A stretch of DNA of 64,000 bases from Promethearchaeota archaeon (GTDB lineage: Archaea > Asgardarchaeota > Lokiarchaeia > Sigyniarchaeales > SOKP01): contig JAHPZA010000010.1 of the NCBI GenBank assembly GCA_019058445.1, positions 64,001 to 128,000 on the forward strand, read 5' to 3'. The notes under the pieces were generated by a model. The model did no database searches. It was not told where the DNA came from and worked only from the letters and a program-made list of their open reading frames with translations. Below, piece after piece: positions 48,086-58,993 of this stretch. How positions within the stretch are numbered: the first letter of the stretch is position 1; each line of letters begins with the position of its first letter. The translations under genes and the position numbers were made by a program.

Positions 48086-49216
48086 TTATCTTCCCAAGTT
48101 TTTTAATCTTAGTTCAGAAATAATATCCGTTAATACTTCTAACATTTCCTCCAGATTCTTGAGAGTTATTTCACCCATATGCCCAATTCGAAATGTTTTA
48201 TTTTTTAGAGTTCCATAACCATTGCCAATTCGATACCCTTTTAAAAGCATTTGGTTAACCATTTTAGAATAATCGATATTAAAAGAATTTTTTATTGTAG
48301 AAACCGTATCAGACTCATACCCTTTTTCCGGGAACATTTCTAAATTTGCATCTCGAGCCCACATTCTGGTCCGCATTCCAAGCTGTTTATGTCTTTGAAA
48401 TCTTTTTTCTAATCCTTCACTATTTAAAATGTAATCCAATTGTGCCACTAAAGCCCTAATTTGCGGGATAGGAGGTGTATTTGGAGTTTGATGTACTTCA
48501 TTTTTCTTTTTTAAAGTAAGGAAATCAAGATATATTCCTCTATTTTTAACTTCACCTGATTTTTGAATTGCATCTTCCGAAATTGAACAAACGGCCAATC
48601 CAGGAGGCAGCGCAAAACATTTTTGAACAGATGCCAAACATACATCTATCCCTAATTTATCCACCTCTAATTTGACGCCAGCCATTGATGAAGTCGCATC
48701 AATACACACTAATGCACCTGAGTCTTTAATAATCGGAACGACCTCATCAATAGGATTATACACTCCGGTTGAGGTTTCATTCGATTGAAGGCAAACAACA
48801 GAGTATTTTTCCTTAGAAAGTGCCTTCTCTGCAAATTCGGGTGTTATTGCCTTACCCCATTCTACTTCTTCTTTTCTAACATCTTTTCCATTAGTTAAAG
48901 CAGTATCATACCATCTATTACCAAAAGCTCCCACAGATAAAACTAATGCTTTCTCATCTTGTTTAATAAGATTTCTCATGCACGCTTCCATAATCCCAGT
49001 GGCTGAGGATGTGAAGATTAAACAATCATTTTTAGTATACAATAGCTTCTTAAGACCCTCTATAGCAAGTTGATGCATTTCTGAATACGGTGTAGATCTA
49101 TGTGTGTCATTTGGCTTCGCTAACTCTTTCAGAATTCTTTCTGGCACATACACTGGTCCAGGAGTAAATAATTTGAGTTTTGAGCCTTCCTTCTTATTAA
49201 AATGTACATCAGACAT
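48086..49216 (-). CDS. PLP-dependent class V aminotransferase (serine-pyruvate / alanine-glyoxylate type)
   Basis: LFTPGP, NETSTGV, DATSS, SVQKCFALPPGL (PLP Lys), FRIGHMG. Confidence 0.92.
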   Translation of the reverse strand: MSDVHFNKKEGSKLKLFTPGPVYVPERILKELAKPNDTHRSTPYSEMHQLAIEGLKKLLYTKNDCLIFTSSATGIMEACMRNLIKQDEKALVLSVGAFGNRWYDTALTNGKDVRKEEVEWGKAITPEFAEKALSKEKYSVVCLQSNETSTGVYNPIDEVVPIIKDSGALVCIDATSSMAGVKLEVDKLGIDVCLASVQKCFALPPGLAVCSISEDAIQKSGEVKNRGIYLDFLTLKKKNEVHQTPNTPPIPQIRALVAQLDYILNSEGLEKRFQRHKQLGMRTRMWARDANLEMFPEKGYESDTVSTIKNSFNIDYSKMVNQMLLKGYRIGNGYGTLKNKTFRIGHMGEITLKNLEEMLEVLTDIISELRLKNLGR

Positions 49217-49363
49217 AATATCTCAGAACTGTTAAATTGTTAACATTTTAAAAGCACCAAAGAATAAATAGTTTTTTGAAACGGTTTAACTTGATACGTT
49301 AAAATATATGAATTTAATCATTGGATAAGGATCTCAATTCATTACTTTATTATAAAATTGGGT

Positions 49364-49741
49364 TTATTTAAAGTAGATATCTTCAACACCTTCAAATAAT
49401 TTAGAGATTGTTTGCAATACTAAAGGTGAAGTTTCATGATGGAGTGCCCATTTTAGAGGGTTTACACCCATTTTTGGAAAATGTAGTGCTATAATTTTAG
49501 CAGCTGTGACCCGGACAAACTCATTATCATCTGAAATTAAACAATTTTCCAGCAAATTAAAAACCTTATCGTTAATTATAGGTATTTTATTAATAATTTC
49601 CAAACATCTTATTCGAATATTCGCATCAGTGCTTTCTTCCACTAAAGAGATTAAATACGCTAAAGCCTCATTTTTATTTATAATATCACTAATTAACTTA
49701 GAATATATCTCGTCAGGATTTAATGAAGGAAAAGTGCCCAT
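49364..49741 (-). CDS. HEAT-repeat protein
   Basis: LISLVEESTDANIRIRCLEII and LENCLISDDNEFVRVTAAKII. Confidence 0.75.
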   Translation of the reverse strand: MGTFPSLNPDEIYSKLISDIINKNEALAYLISLVEESTDANIRIRCLEIINKIPIINDKVFNLLENCLISDDNEFVRVTAAKIIALHFPKMGVNPLKWALHHETSPLVLQTISKLFEGVEDIYFK

Positions 49742-49768
49742 TAATCTCTCATTTTTTATAATATTTTT

Positions 49769-50401
49769 TTAATATCGATAATGAATAACATTATTTTCAA
49801 ATCTAAAATAGGATTTTAATTCATCGAATTTTTTAGATGATTTTTCTAATTGAAATAATGTTATTTCAATATTTTTGGTGTCTTCATCAATTTGAAGAAG
49901 AATAAATGAGGGAATGCCACTAGCAATAAAAGACCATGCTCCTGTAACACTACCAGGATTTAATAGTAAAATTCCTTTTTGAGTAAGAAATATTTCTTCT
50001 TTATGAGTATGTCCAGAAATCAAAATGTTATAACTTTTTTCATTTATCGCTAAATATTCTAATTGTGAATGATCACCTCTTGGCTCAATTTGATGACCAT
50101 GTGTCATTCCTATAGTTAATTTATCACTGTCAGCAAGTTTTATATCTAAGCTTTGATAAAGCGGTGCACTTCTGTTTCCACCATAATAATCCATATTTCC
50201 TATAACTGTAAAAACATCATTATTTGTTTTTAAACTTAAAAAATCGATAAAGTCAAATGCAGTTATCAAATCCCCTGTAAAAAAAGTGTAGTCAAAGGGT
50301 TTAGGATCAGTTAATTCATTTAGTTTATTTAAAATTTCATCTGGTACGCTTTTGGCTCTTCTTGGAATATGCGCATCTCCAATTATTAAACATCTTACCA
50401 T
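49769..50401 (-). CDS. Vps29-like metallophosphoesterase
   Basis: IIGDAHIPRR, GNMD, THGHQIEPRGD, ILISGHTH, NPGSVTGAWS, PSFILL. Colinear with the eukaryotic Vps29 motifs. Confidence 0.85.
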   Translation of the reverse strand: MVRCLIIGDAHIPRRAKSVPDEILNKLNELTDPKPFDYTFFTGDLITAFDFIDFLSLKTNNDVFTVIGNMDYYGGNRSAPLYQSLDIKLADSDKLTIGMTHGHQIEPRGDHSQLEYLAINEKSYNILISGHTHKEEIFLTQKGILLLNPGSVTGAWSFIASGIPSFILLQIDEDTKNIEITLFQLEKSSKKFDELKSYFRFENNVIHYRY

Positions 50402-50418
50402 AATAAACTTAAGAGAAT

Positions 50419-51522
50419 TTATTTAGATTTCATTTTTTTATATTCCTTTTGCACAAATAAAGCCAGTTCTTTAGCTTCCTTATCTTTTTCAAAATGCTCT
50501 CGTATGGGTTCAAGAAATTGATTTAAATAGGTGATAACTGCAGGTTTTAAATCTGGAGGGTTTAATTTACCTTCAGCGTAATCTTTTTCGAGATCATCAA
50601 ATGATTTATATTCTACATTCCCTCCATATTTTTCAGGTCTTTCAACTTTAAATACATCCACTTTTTCAAATATGATATACTTACAGTATTCTAAAACAGG
50701 GTTTTCTGAAGTTTGTGTGGGAGGACAATAAGCTTTATTTATTTTACGTTTAATGTCTTTCAAAGAATCTAACATAAATATAGCATTATCGGGATCTGAC
50801 TTTGACATTTTAAGTTCTATAGTTCTATCGATTCCATTTAATTCGCTTGCAGGTGGTTTGGTCAACGCCATTAGCATATGATGGCTTATAGAAATTGGTT
50901 TAGGTCGGTTAAATATTTTTGCGACCTCCCTTGCTAACATATTAACTTTTCTTTGGTCTAATCCCAACTGACAAATATCTACATTCATATAAAAAATATC
51001 AGCACACTGCATTAATGGATAAAGAATTTGTGAAGCATATAATTTATCAGCTTCGCTTCGTCCCATAATTTGAGTACAACGTTGAATTCGACTTAATGTA
51101 CTATTAATGGAGATTTTTAAAACCATTTCCCAATATTTTGGATCTTTTACTAAATCAGAAGCATATTTAAATTCTACATTACTCAAGTCCATTCCACATA
51201 CTTTCCAAAGCTCTTTAAAGAAATCCCCAACTTTTTTTATTACATCTAAATTGCCTCCAAATTTTTGGTTTGCAGCGGCATGCCAATCAGCAATAAGGAA
51301 AATAAATTTAATCCCACATTGTGTAATTTTATTTACATTTATTGCTCTTAACAACCCTTGAGCAATGTGAATATTACCAGATGGTTCAAAACCATCATAA
51401 GCAATTATTTCCTTTCCATGATCTAATTTCCATTGTAACATTTCTGGTAATTCTTTCAAGTCAATAATCTCTTCTCCGACTTCTTGTAGTAAAGAGATTT
51501 TTTCATCTAAAGATAAGTTCAT
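50419..51522 (-). CDS. tyrS: Tyrosine--tRNA ligase (archaeal/eukaryotic type)
   Basis: YDGFEPSG, HIAQ (HIGH-like), YPLMQCAD, GLDQRK, KMSKS. Confidence 0.95.
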   Translation of the reverse strand: MNLSLDEKISLLQEVGEEIIDLKELPEMLQWKLDHGKEIIAYDGFEPSGNIHIAQGLLRAINVNKITQCGIKFIFLIADWHAAANQKFGGNLDVIKKVGDFFKELWKVCGMDLSNVEFKYASDLVKDPKYWEMVLKISINSTLSRIQRCTQIMGRSEADKLYASQILYPLMQCADIFYMNVDICQLGLDQRKVNMLAREVAKIFNRPKPISISHHMLMALTKPPASELNGIDRTIELKMSKSDPDNAIFMLDSLKDIKRKINKAYCPPTQTSENPVLEYCKYIIFEKVDVFKVERPEKYGGNVEYKSFDDLEKDYAEGKLNPPDLKPAVITYLNQFLEPIREHFEKDKEAKELALFVQKEYKKMKSK

Positions 51523-51673
51523 CTGATCACTCTCTCAATTAATTATAGATTTGTAAATAATCTAATTGATAAAATCTTTTTGGATCTTAAATTGCCTTGA
51601 GAAATAAATTACATTAGGATTTGATTGTCAAATTCTAAAAAAATAAGAAAGAAAATGGTTAAACTAAATTAGA

Positions 51674-54379
51674 TTAGTCACTATTATTATCCATAATAGC
51701 CGCTTGAGCTGCAGCTAATCTTGCAATTGGGATTCTGAATGGAGAGCATGACACATAATCTAATCCTATAGAATGGGCAAATCCAATTGATTTTGGTTCC
51801 CCCCCATGTTCTCCGCAAATGCCACACTTCAGATTAGGTCGAGTTTTTCTTCCCAACTCTATCCCCATTTTCATTAATTCTCCAACACCTTTCTGGTCGA
51901 TTGTTTCAAAAGGATTTTCAGTCAAAATCTCCTTATTTAAATAGATAGGTAAAAATTTACTTTCAGCATCATCTCTGGAAAAACCAAATGTCATCTGAGT
52001 TAAGTCATTTGTTCCAAACGAAAAAAATTCCGCTTCCGTCGCGATTTCATCAGCTGTTAGTGCAGCTCGAGGTATTTCTATCATAGTACCAAATTTATAA
52101 TTGAGCTCTACACCATATCTCTCAATTATTTCTTTTGCAATTTTAACTAAATCATTTTTGACAAATTTTAGTTCGGAAATCATCCCTACTAAAGGAATCA
52201 TAACCTCAGGAATAACATCAATACCTTCCTCTTTAAGCTGACACGCAGCTTCGAATATCGCTTTTACTTGCATTTCAATAATTTCGGGCCACACAATTCC
52301 CAAACGACATCCTCGTAAGCCCATCATGGGATTTTCTTCAGATAAGGATCTTATTAAACTAATTACTTTATTTTTCGTAGTTATTTCCTTATCTAAAGGA
52401 TTTATATTTAGAAGTGAATTTGATAACGCATTTGTCATTTTTAATTCTTGATTCTCTAACAAAACGGTAGATAATTCAGGTAAAAACTCATGTAGAGGAG
52501 GGTCTAATAATCGTATTGTGACTGGTTTTCCTTCCATTATTTTAAATATCTCGTAGAAATCACTTTGTTGCATTGGTAAAATTTTATTTAAATAATCTTG
52601 GCGATCCTCTTTCGTTCTTGACATTATCATGGATTGCACAACAGGTAATCTTTCCTGTGCCATAAACATATGTTCGGTTCTGCAGAGTCCAATACCTTCT
52701 GCTCCAAATTCTAGTGCCTTTTGAGCATCTACTGGTGTGTCTGCATTAGCTCGAACTCCTAATTTTCTTACCTCATCGGCCATTTTTAATAATTCTAAAA
52801 ATTCTCCTTTAATTTCTGGTTCAACAAGAGGGACTTTTCCTTCGATAACTCTACCTGTTGATCCATCAATTGTTATATAACTACCCTCTTTTATAACCGT
52901 ATCCGCAACTTTAAGTTCTCTATTTTCCTCATCAATCTCGATATCTTGTGCCCCTACAACTGCAGGCTTTCCCATACCTCTTGCAACAACCGCAGCATGG
53001 GAAGTTTTTCCTCCAAATTGAGTTAATACTCCACTTGCCGCGTAAAGTCCATGAATATCATCAGGCTTTGTTTGAGGCCGAACTAAAATTATTTCTTTTT
53101 GACCCTCATTTGCTAATTCTTCAGCAGTGTCAGCATCAAATATTGCAATGCCTGATACGGCACCCGGAGAAGCACTGATACCCTTCGCTAACACACGGAT
53201 TATTCCTTTCTCATCAATACTCTTAAACATTAATTTAGTGATTTTTTTGGGATCATTCCTCATTAATGCCTCTTCTTTAGAAATCAATCCTTCGTGATAC
53301 ATCTCAACTGCAATTTTAACGCCTGCAGAGGGAGTTCGTTTACCATTTCTAGTTTGGAGTATATATAATATCCCATTTTCAATCGTAAATTCAATGTCTT
53401 GCATATCTCTATAGTGATTTTCTAAATTTTCCATTGTATTCAATAATTCTTCATAAATTTCGGGGAATTCATTTTTCATCTCTTTAATCTTTTTAGGAGT
53501 TCTTATGCCAGCAACGACATCTTCTCCTTGAGCGTTTGTTAAATATTCTCCAAATCTTCTTCGTTCTCCTGTGGAAGGATCTCTTGAAAATGCTACGCCA
53601 GTCGCAGAATTCCACCCTTTATTTCCAAATACCATTGCTTGTATATTTACTGCAGTACCAAAATTAGGGATATTGTTGATTTTTCGATATGTAATGGCCC
53701 TTTTATTATTCCATGATTTGAAAACTGCTTCTATTGCTAAAAATAGTTGTTTAAACGGATCTTGAGGGAATGATTCTCCAATTTCCTTTTCATATAACGA
53801 TTTATAGTCAGCAATTATTTTCTGTAGATCACTAACTTGCAAATCCGTATCTTGGGCATTTCTACTTAGCAATCTTTTATATTTACTTAGAATTCTCTCA
53901 AAATGTTCATCGCCAATACCCATTACAACGTCTCCAAACATCTGTATGAATCTACGATAGGAATCATAGGCAAATCGAGGATTATCGGTTTGTGTTGCTA
54001 AACCTATGACACTCTCATCATTTAATCCTAAATTAAGAACCGTGTCCATCATTCCCGGCATAGACATTGGAGCTCCAGACCTCACACTTACCAACAATGG
54101 ATTCTTTTCATCTCCAAATTTTTTACCTGTAATAGCTTCTAAGTTCTTTAGTTTCTCCAATACGTTAGGTTTAAGCTCTTCCATAATTTCTTGAGACCTC
54201 TCGAAATATGCTAAACATACCTCAGTAGTGATTGTAAAACCTTGCGGAATGTTTAATCCTAAATTTGTCATCTCTGCGAGATTAGCTCCCTTTCCACCAA
54301 GTATGTTCTTAAGATCTCTATTACCCTCTTTAAATTCAAATACTTGTTTATTTTTGCTGCCGATTGTCATACTATCCAA
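51674..54379 (-). CDS. ppdK: Pyruvate, phosphate dikinase
   Basis: LGGKGANLAEM, SVRSGA, SMPGMMDT, GGKTSHAAVVARG (phospho-His), GLCRTEHMF, SFGTNDLTQ, GICGEHGG. Confidence 0.97.
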   Translation of the reverse strand: MDSMTIGSKNKQVFEFKEGNRDLKNILGGKGANLAEMTNLGLNIPQGFTITTEVCLAYFERSQEIMEELKPNVLEKLKNLEAITGKKFGDEKNPLLVSVRSGAPMSMPGMMDTVLNLGLNDESVIGLATQTDNPRFAYDSYRRFIQMFGDVVMGIGDEHFERILSKYKRLLSRNAQDTDLQVSDLQKIIADYKSLYEKEIGESFPQDPFKQLFLAIEAVFKSWNNKRAITYRKINNIPNFGTAVNIQAMVFGNKGWNSATGVAFSRDPSTGERRRFGEYLTNAQGEDVVAGIRTPKKIKEMKNEFPEIYEELLNTMENLENHYRDMQDIEFTIENGILYILQTRNGKRTPSAGVKIAVEMYHEGLISKEEALMRNDPKKITKLMFKSIDEKGIIRVLAKGISASPGAVSGIAIFDADTAEELANEGQKEIILVRPQTKPDDIHGLYAASGVLTQFGGKTSHAAVVARGMGKPAVVGAQDIEIDEENRELKVADTVIKEGSYITIDGSTGRVIEGKVPLVEPEIKGEFLELLKMADEVRKLGVRANADTPVDAQKALEFGAEGIGLCRTEHMFMAQERLPVVQSMIMSRTKEDRQDYLNKILPMQQSDFYEIFKIMEGKPVTIRLLDPPLHEFLPELSTVLLENQELKMTNALSNSLLNINPLDKEITTKNKVISLIRSLSEENPMMGLRGCRLGIVWPEIIEMQVKAIFEAACQLKEEGIDVIPEVMIPLVGMISELKFVKNDLVKIAKEIIERYGVELNYKFGTMIEIPRAALTADEIATEAEFFSFGTNDLTQMTFGFSRDDAESKFLPIYLNKEILTENPFETIDQKGVGELMKMGIELGRKTRPNLKCGICGEHGGEPKSIGFAHSIGLDYVSCSPFRIPIARLAAAQAAIMDNNSD

Positions 54380-54656
54380 ACAACTCTTATTTCTTCAAAT
54401 TCTTATTAAAATAAAAACAAGACCATTAATTTTTATATTTTACGCAAATAGGATATATATTGCTTTGTTCTTGTACTTTTTGATTGAAACGAATTTTTTT
54501 TTTAAAAATTTTGAAATGACGTTTATGCGGAAGATGGTCCTTTTAATTTAGCCCCAATTAGTTATATAATCTAAAATTATTTAAAATTTCTCTATTAAAA
54601 TTAATATATTTCAAAAATAAAAAAAAAGTAATAATTTAATTGACGGGTTTATTCAA

Positions 54657-55115
54657 TTAATAAAATTCCGTCTCCACTTTGGTAGTACTATTTACCAGCT
54701 CCTGTGCTGCCTTCGTAGCTCTCATTACTTTGGCCATATTCCCCACTAGTTTGAATTTCCCTGCCATTAAGCCTTGGATTGGGTCAAGCTCTTTTTTCAA
54801 AACCTTTACCCAGTTATCATAAGTTCCAGAGAAAACGAATTCAGCACCTACCTTTTCTCCTTCTTTTATTGGTCTTGGAGGTGAATTTGGGGGTAAAACA
54901 TCATATTCCTCTCCCGGAGCTAATGTTTTAGTGCCAGTACAATCTCCTTTAAGTAGTCCTACAAACATTTTTATCTCGTGATCCAAATTACCACTAGGCT
55001 CAATGACAAATACAAAATCTCCTTCCCACCAGGAAGCCGCCTCTCTATAATTTTGATTGTTATTTATTGCTTTGCAAAATTCATTTGCCCATTCATCGGT
55101 TGCAAATTTTGGCAT
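54657..55115 (-). CDS. SCP2 sterol-binding domain protein
   Basis: FATDEWA...WEGDF...GTYDNWVKVL...LDPIQGLMAGKFKLVGNM. Confidence 0.85.
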   Translation of the reverse strand: MPKFATDEWANEFCKAINNNQNYREAASWWEGDFVFVIEPSGNLDHEIKMFVGLLKGDCTGTKTLAPGEEYDVLPPNSPPRPIKEGEKVGAEFVFSGTYDNWVKVLKKELDPIQGLMAGKFKLVGNMAKVMRATKAAQELVNSTTKVETEFY

Positions 55116-55344
55116 ATTTTTCGCCTCTAAATTTTGTTTTTAGAAATTAATTTTTTTGTATTTTTTATTTATTAAATTAAGAAAGAATAGTAAGCAAAGA
55201 ATTTTAAAAGTTTTCTAAGATCTCATTGAAATTGAATATTAATTATTACACAATTAAAGAGAGATAGTTTACTTACTAAATAGGAATATAAAAAATTGAA
55301 AGAAATATTTATAAAAAAGAGTAAAAAAGAAAATTTTCTTTTCT

Positions 55345-56496
55345 TTACACGCCAATTCCAATTGTATTTCCAATTCCCGCAATAATGATTTTTGTGTTTT
55401 TTTCAGTTCGTTTTCTAATTGCCATTTTAATTTTCTCGACAATCAATGGAACAGATTGAGTAATAGGACGCTTCATAGTTGTAATTGCGTCTTCTAAAGA
55501 TTGTTTACATATTAGGGCATCAATAGGAATATTTTTTCCTGTAGAGGATTCTTCAATAAAAGATTTCTCGACACCAATACCACCGATAGCTGCTCCGACA
55601 CCAATTGCTATCGAACCGGTCTTATCACCTGAAAGTTTCAAACCAGCATCTATCATAATTATGCGTGAAATTGAATCAGGATTTTCCTCAATTAATTTTT
55701 TTATAGCTTTTCCAGGTTTTCCAACAGTTCCTCCGGGACCTTTCGCTCTGACAACATAAACAATTCTATCTTCAAAATTTACTTCTTGAACAATAGTATC
55801 TTTAGATATCTCTACAGCTTCAACTTCGCCATTATTAGATACATCTCTTACAAACTTACCAGCCACCATTGGACCAAGAGCATCACCTATTGGACTTCCC
55901 TCAGCAAATGCTTTAGTTGCGTAATAAAAAGATTTTGCCATTGCCATTATTAATGCCATCTGCATAGAAATTTGTAATAGTAGGATCATCGATTTACTTT
56001 TTTTACCTAGAATTAAATAATGTTTAATTAAACGATAAATGAAATCTACAGCCATAGATGCCTCCAATAAGTTTTCTAAGGACTGCCTTTTTGAGTCAAT
56101 AGCATGAGGCGCTAACATCGCTACTTCTTCACTAAATCTAAAATCTCTAACATCAATGATATGGTCTATCTTAGGAATTATGCCATAAGGATCAAGTGTC
56201 ACAGGTAAGATTGCTATAAATGTCATGAAATCTTCAAGTTTAATAGCAAGATCCTTATCGGTTTCTGTCTTCTCGGCAAATTTTTTAAATTCAGTAAGAA
56301 GTATTTCCTTGCACTCATCATCCCATTTTTTTAATTTCTCCAGTCCAGTTTGAATCTCTTTCGCAGCTTTCCAAGCTTGAATTCGTTGTCCATAAAACAT
56401 ACTAACAAAGATTAGCAAGAAAAATAATAAGTTAAGGATTAATGATAGCGGATCACTTGTTCTCTCCGCACCTAGTTGCAAAATAATGTTTAACAT
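55345..56496 (-). CDS. DUF1512 family membrane-anchored protein
   Basis: N-terminal TM, PVTLDPYGII, PIGDALGP, AKGPGGTVG, IDAGLKLSG, GIGNTIGI. Confidence 0.8.
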   Translation of the reverse strand: MLNIILQLGAERTSDPLSLILNLLFFLLIFVSMFYGQRIQAWKAAKEIQTGLEKLKKWDDECKEILLTEFKKFAEKTETDKDLAIKLEDFMTFIAILPVTLDPYGIIPKIDHIIDVRDFRFSEEVAMLAPHAIDSKRQSLENLLEASMAVDFIYRLIKHYLILGKKSKSMILLLQISMQMALIMAMAKSFYYATKAFAEGSPIGDALGPMVAGKFVRDVSNNGEVEAVEISKDTIVQEVNFEDRIVYVVRAKGPGGTVGKPGKAIKKLIEENPDSISRIIMIDAGLKLSGDKTGSIAIGVGAAIGGIGVEKSFIEESSTGKNIPIDALICKQSLEDAITTMKRPITQSVPLIVEKIKMAIRKRTEKNTKIIIAGIGNTIGIGV

Positions 56497-56630
56497 TTTT
56501 TTTTTCCAAAAATTAAGTATTTTAATTGATTTTTTATCTAAATTTGATAATAATAAAATTTATTTATTCTTTTCTATTATAAAGAATAGTACATTTAATT
56601 ATTAGAAAAAAAAAACTTTTCTGCTTTTCT

Positions 56631-57065
56631 ATGATTGATGAAGAAGACGATGATGAGGAGATTTTAAAGAAGGGAATTACATTAAAAAGCGCATTGAAAA
56701 ATCTTGTTGTGATTTTTTTCATTTTATTAGGCGCTATGTTTATATATTTTGGATATGGTCCTGATCAATGGTCAAACTTATTTATTGGATTTTTCCTTAT
56801 TTGTATTGGTACTACCATTATGCAAGTTCAAAAACATACGCCAGACCCGATAAGACAGACTTTAACCATCTTAGTGTGTGGATTATGTGGGCTAACTAAA
56901 GTCAGAAATTATGAACAAGGAGATTTTGTGTTTCAGATGATTGATACGTGTAATAAATGTAATAAACCAATGGAAATTAAACAGATTTATTCGGTAAAAT
57001 TGAAAAAGCCGACAGAATCAAAAAAAAAAGAAAATTTGAAACTAAAGCAAAATAGTAAAACTTAA
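56631..57065 (+). CDS. Two-TM membrane protein with a C-terminal Zn ribbon
   Basis: Two hydrophobic helices, then CGLC...RNYEQGDFVF...CNKC. Confidence 0.7.
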   Translation: MIDEEDDDEEILKKGITLKSALKNLVVIFFILLGAMFIYFGYGPDQWSNLFIGFFLICIGTTIMQVQKHTPDPIRQTLTILVCGLCGLTKVRNYEQGDFVFQMIDTCNKCNKPMEIKQIYSVKLKKPTESKKKENLKLKQNSKT

Positions 57066-57445
57066 ATGTTTCAAAATTGGCTTAAAAACGAATTTTCGTA
57101 AAATTTTTTAGTAATGCTTATTTTACCATATTAAAATCGTTATAATGCTTGAGTAGAAACAAATATGAATGTAGATTTCAATATTACTAGCTTCACAAAC
57201 AAGCATCAACACGATTTCAATTTCTTTATTCTGCCAAGAGAGTAGTATATCAATTAGTATTCTCTTGGCTGCTGATATTTTTATTTTGCAATATTCAATT
57301 ATTTAAAATTTCACTAATAAAAATAAAGATCTTCTATTTAATTTAAGATAGGGCAATTTCAAGCAATATAATTGCCAAAAAATTTAAATACATTAAATAT
57401 TTAGAAAAACTATAACGAAGAGAATAATAAATAGGATTTTATATC

Positions 57446-58981
57446 ATGGTTATTAAGCTTAAAAAGAAAGTTATTGAAATTTTTAATGTTCTTAAAGAAA
57501 AGAATGCTGATTATGAAGCTTCAGAGCTCACAAAAGAATTGAGTATTGATTATATAGTTCTAATGTCAGCTATAAATGATTTAATAGATGTAAATTTGGG
57601 TAAGTTTGAAGAAGATGAAATATTTCAATTATCTTTAAATGAGGAAGGCATTTCATACTTAAAAAATGGGCTTCCAGAGCGTCAATTACTGAATATTTTC
57701 CTTAAACGTAATATTAAAGAAATTGAAATAGAAGAATTATTAAAAACTTCTAACCTTGAGAGTAATATTTTTTATATTGGACTTTCTAATATGAAGAAAA
57801 ATAGATGGATTGCTCAAAGTAAAGCAACAGGGGAAACCAAAATATTCCTTGTAGCAGAAAAGTTTCCTGAAACGGAACTTGAGAAGTTTCTAAAACGATT
57901 TGAAAAAAAAGAAAGAATTAACTATTCAAATTTAACTAAGAAAGAGATAAACCAATACAATATATTGAATAAAAGAAAGTTAATTACAAAAACAAAAGGA
58001 ACACAGAGAATTATTTCCTTAACTGAGAAAGGAAAAGCAATAAAACCATCTGAAATTGAAGAATTAAAGCAGGTAAGTAAAATCACTTCAGAAATGCTAA
58101 GTTCAGGAACTTGGAAAGATTATCAATTAAAACCATTTGATGTAACTAAACCTGGACCATTACTAAAAGCCGGAAAATTACATCCTATGGTTAAATTAAT
58201 CAATGAAATTAGAGAAATATTTATTTCTTTAGGCTTTACTGAAATCAGAGGTCCAATTGTCGAAAGTGCCTTTTTTAATTTCGATGCATTATTTCAACCC
58301 CAAGACCACCCTGCCAGAGAAATGCATGACACATTCTATTTAAATAATCCCAAAACAGCAAAATTACCAGAAAAGGATAGAGTGAAAGCTGTTAAAGAAA
58401 CCCATGAAAATGGAGGAGATTCTGGCTCTTTAGGATGGGGATATTCATGGGATGAAAAAATCGCCAAGAAAACTCTCTTACGAACTCATACAACCGCTAC
58501 TACTATAAGAAGACTAGCTCAATATTATAGAAATAATGACGTGCCACCAATTAAAGTATTTTCAATAGATCGAGTATTTAGGAATGAAAAACTTGATAAA
58601 TCTCATTTAGCAGAATTTACTCAAATAGAAGGAATAGTTATTGGAGAGAGAGTTACACTATGTGATTTAATCGGTGTAATTAAAGAGTTCTATAATAAAA
58701 TCGGATTTGAAAAAGTAATTACTAGACCAGGATTTTTCCCGTATACAGAACCAAGTATGGAAATAGCCGTTTATTACGACAAATTAGGAGAATGGCTAGA
58801 AATGGGAGGGTCGGGTATTTTTAGACCAGAAGTAACCTATCCTTGGGGAATAAAAAATCCTACTCGAGTACTGGCGTGGGGTTTAGGGCTTGAACGATTA
58901 GCGATGTTAAAATATGAGCGTAAAGATATTCGTGATTTGTATATTAATCCAATTAAATGGTTAAGGCAAGAATCATACTAA
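57446..58981 (+). CDS. pheS: Phenylalanine--tRNA ligase alpha subunit
   Basis: FNFDALFQPQDHPAREMHDTF, LRTHTT, FRNE, FFPYTEPS, WGLGLERL. Confidence 0.97.
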   Translation: MVIKLKKKVIEIFNVLKEKNADYEASELTKELSIDYIVLMSAINDLIDVNLGKFEEDEIFQLSLNEEGISYLKNGLPERQLLNIFLKRNIKEIEIEELLKTSNLESNIFYIGLSNMKKNRWIAQSKATGETKIFLVAEKFPETELEKFLKRFEKKERINYSNLTKKEINQYNILNKRKLITKTKGTQRIISLTEKGKAIKPSEIEELKQVSKITSEMLSSGTWKDYQLKPFDVTKPGPLLKAGKLHPMVKLINEIREIFISLGFTEIRGPIVESAFFNFDALFQPQDHPAREMHDTFYLNNPKTAKLPEKDRVKAVKETHENGGDSGSLGWGYSWDEKIAKKTLLRTHTTATTIRRLAQYYRNNDVPPIKVFSIDRVFRNEKLDKSHLAEFTQIEGIVIGERVTLCDLIGVIKEFYNKIGFEKVITRPGFFPYTEPSMEIAVYYDKLGEWLEMGGSGIFRPEVTYPWGIKNPTRVLAWGLGLERLAMLKYERKDIRDLYINPIKWLRQESY

Positions 58982-58993
58982 AAGGTGTAAAAA

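Noticed and set aside
48133-48150. AAATGTTAGAAG match (minus strand) to the SECIS apical motif
   Set aside because: It lies inside the aminotransferase CDS (EMLEV), with no AUGA/GA core or stem and no in-frame UGA gene upstream.
54228-54551. 107-aa plus-strand ORF and other short ORFs antisense to ppdK, aor, adh, tyrS and lysC
   Set aside because: They are antisense shadows of conserved enzymes with no motifs of their own.
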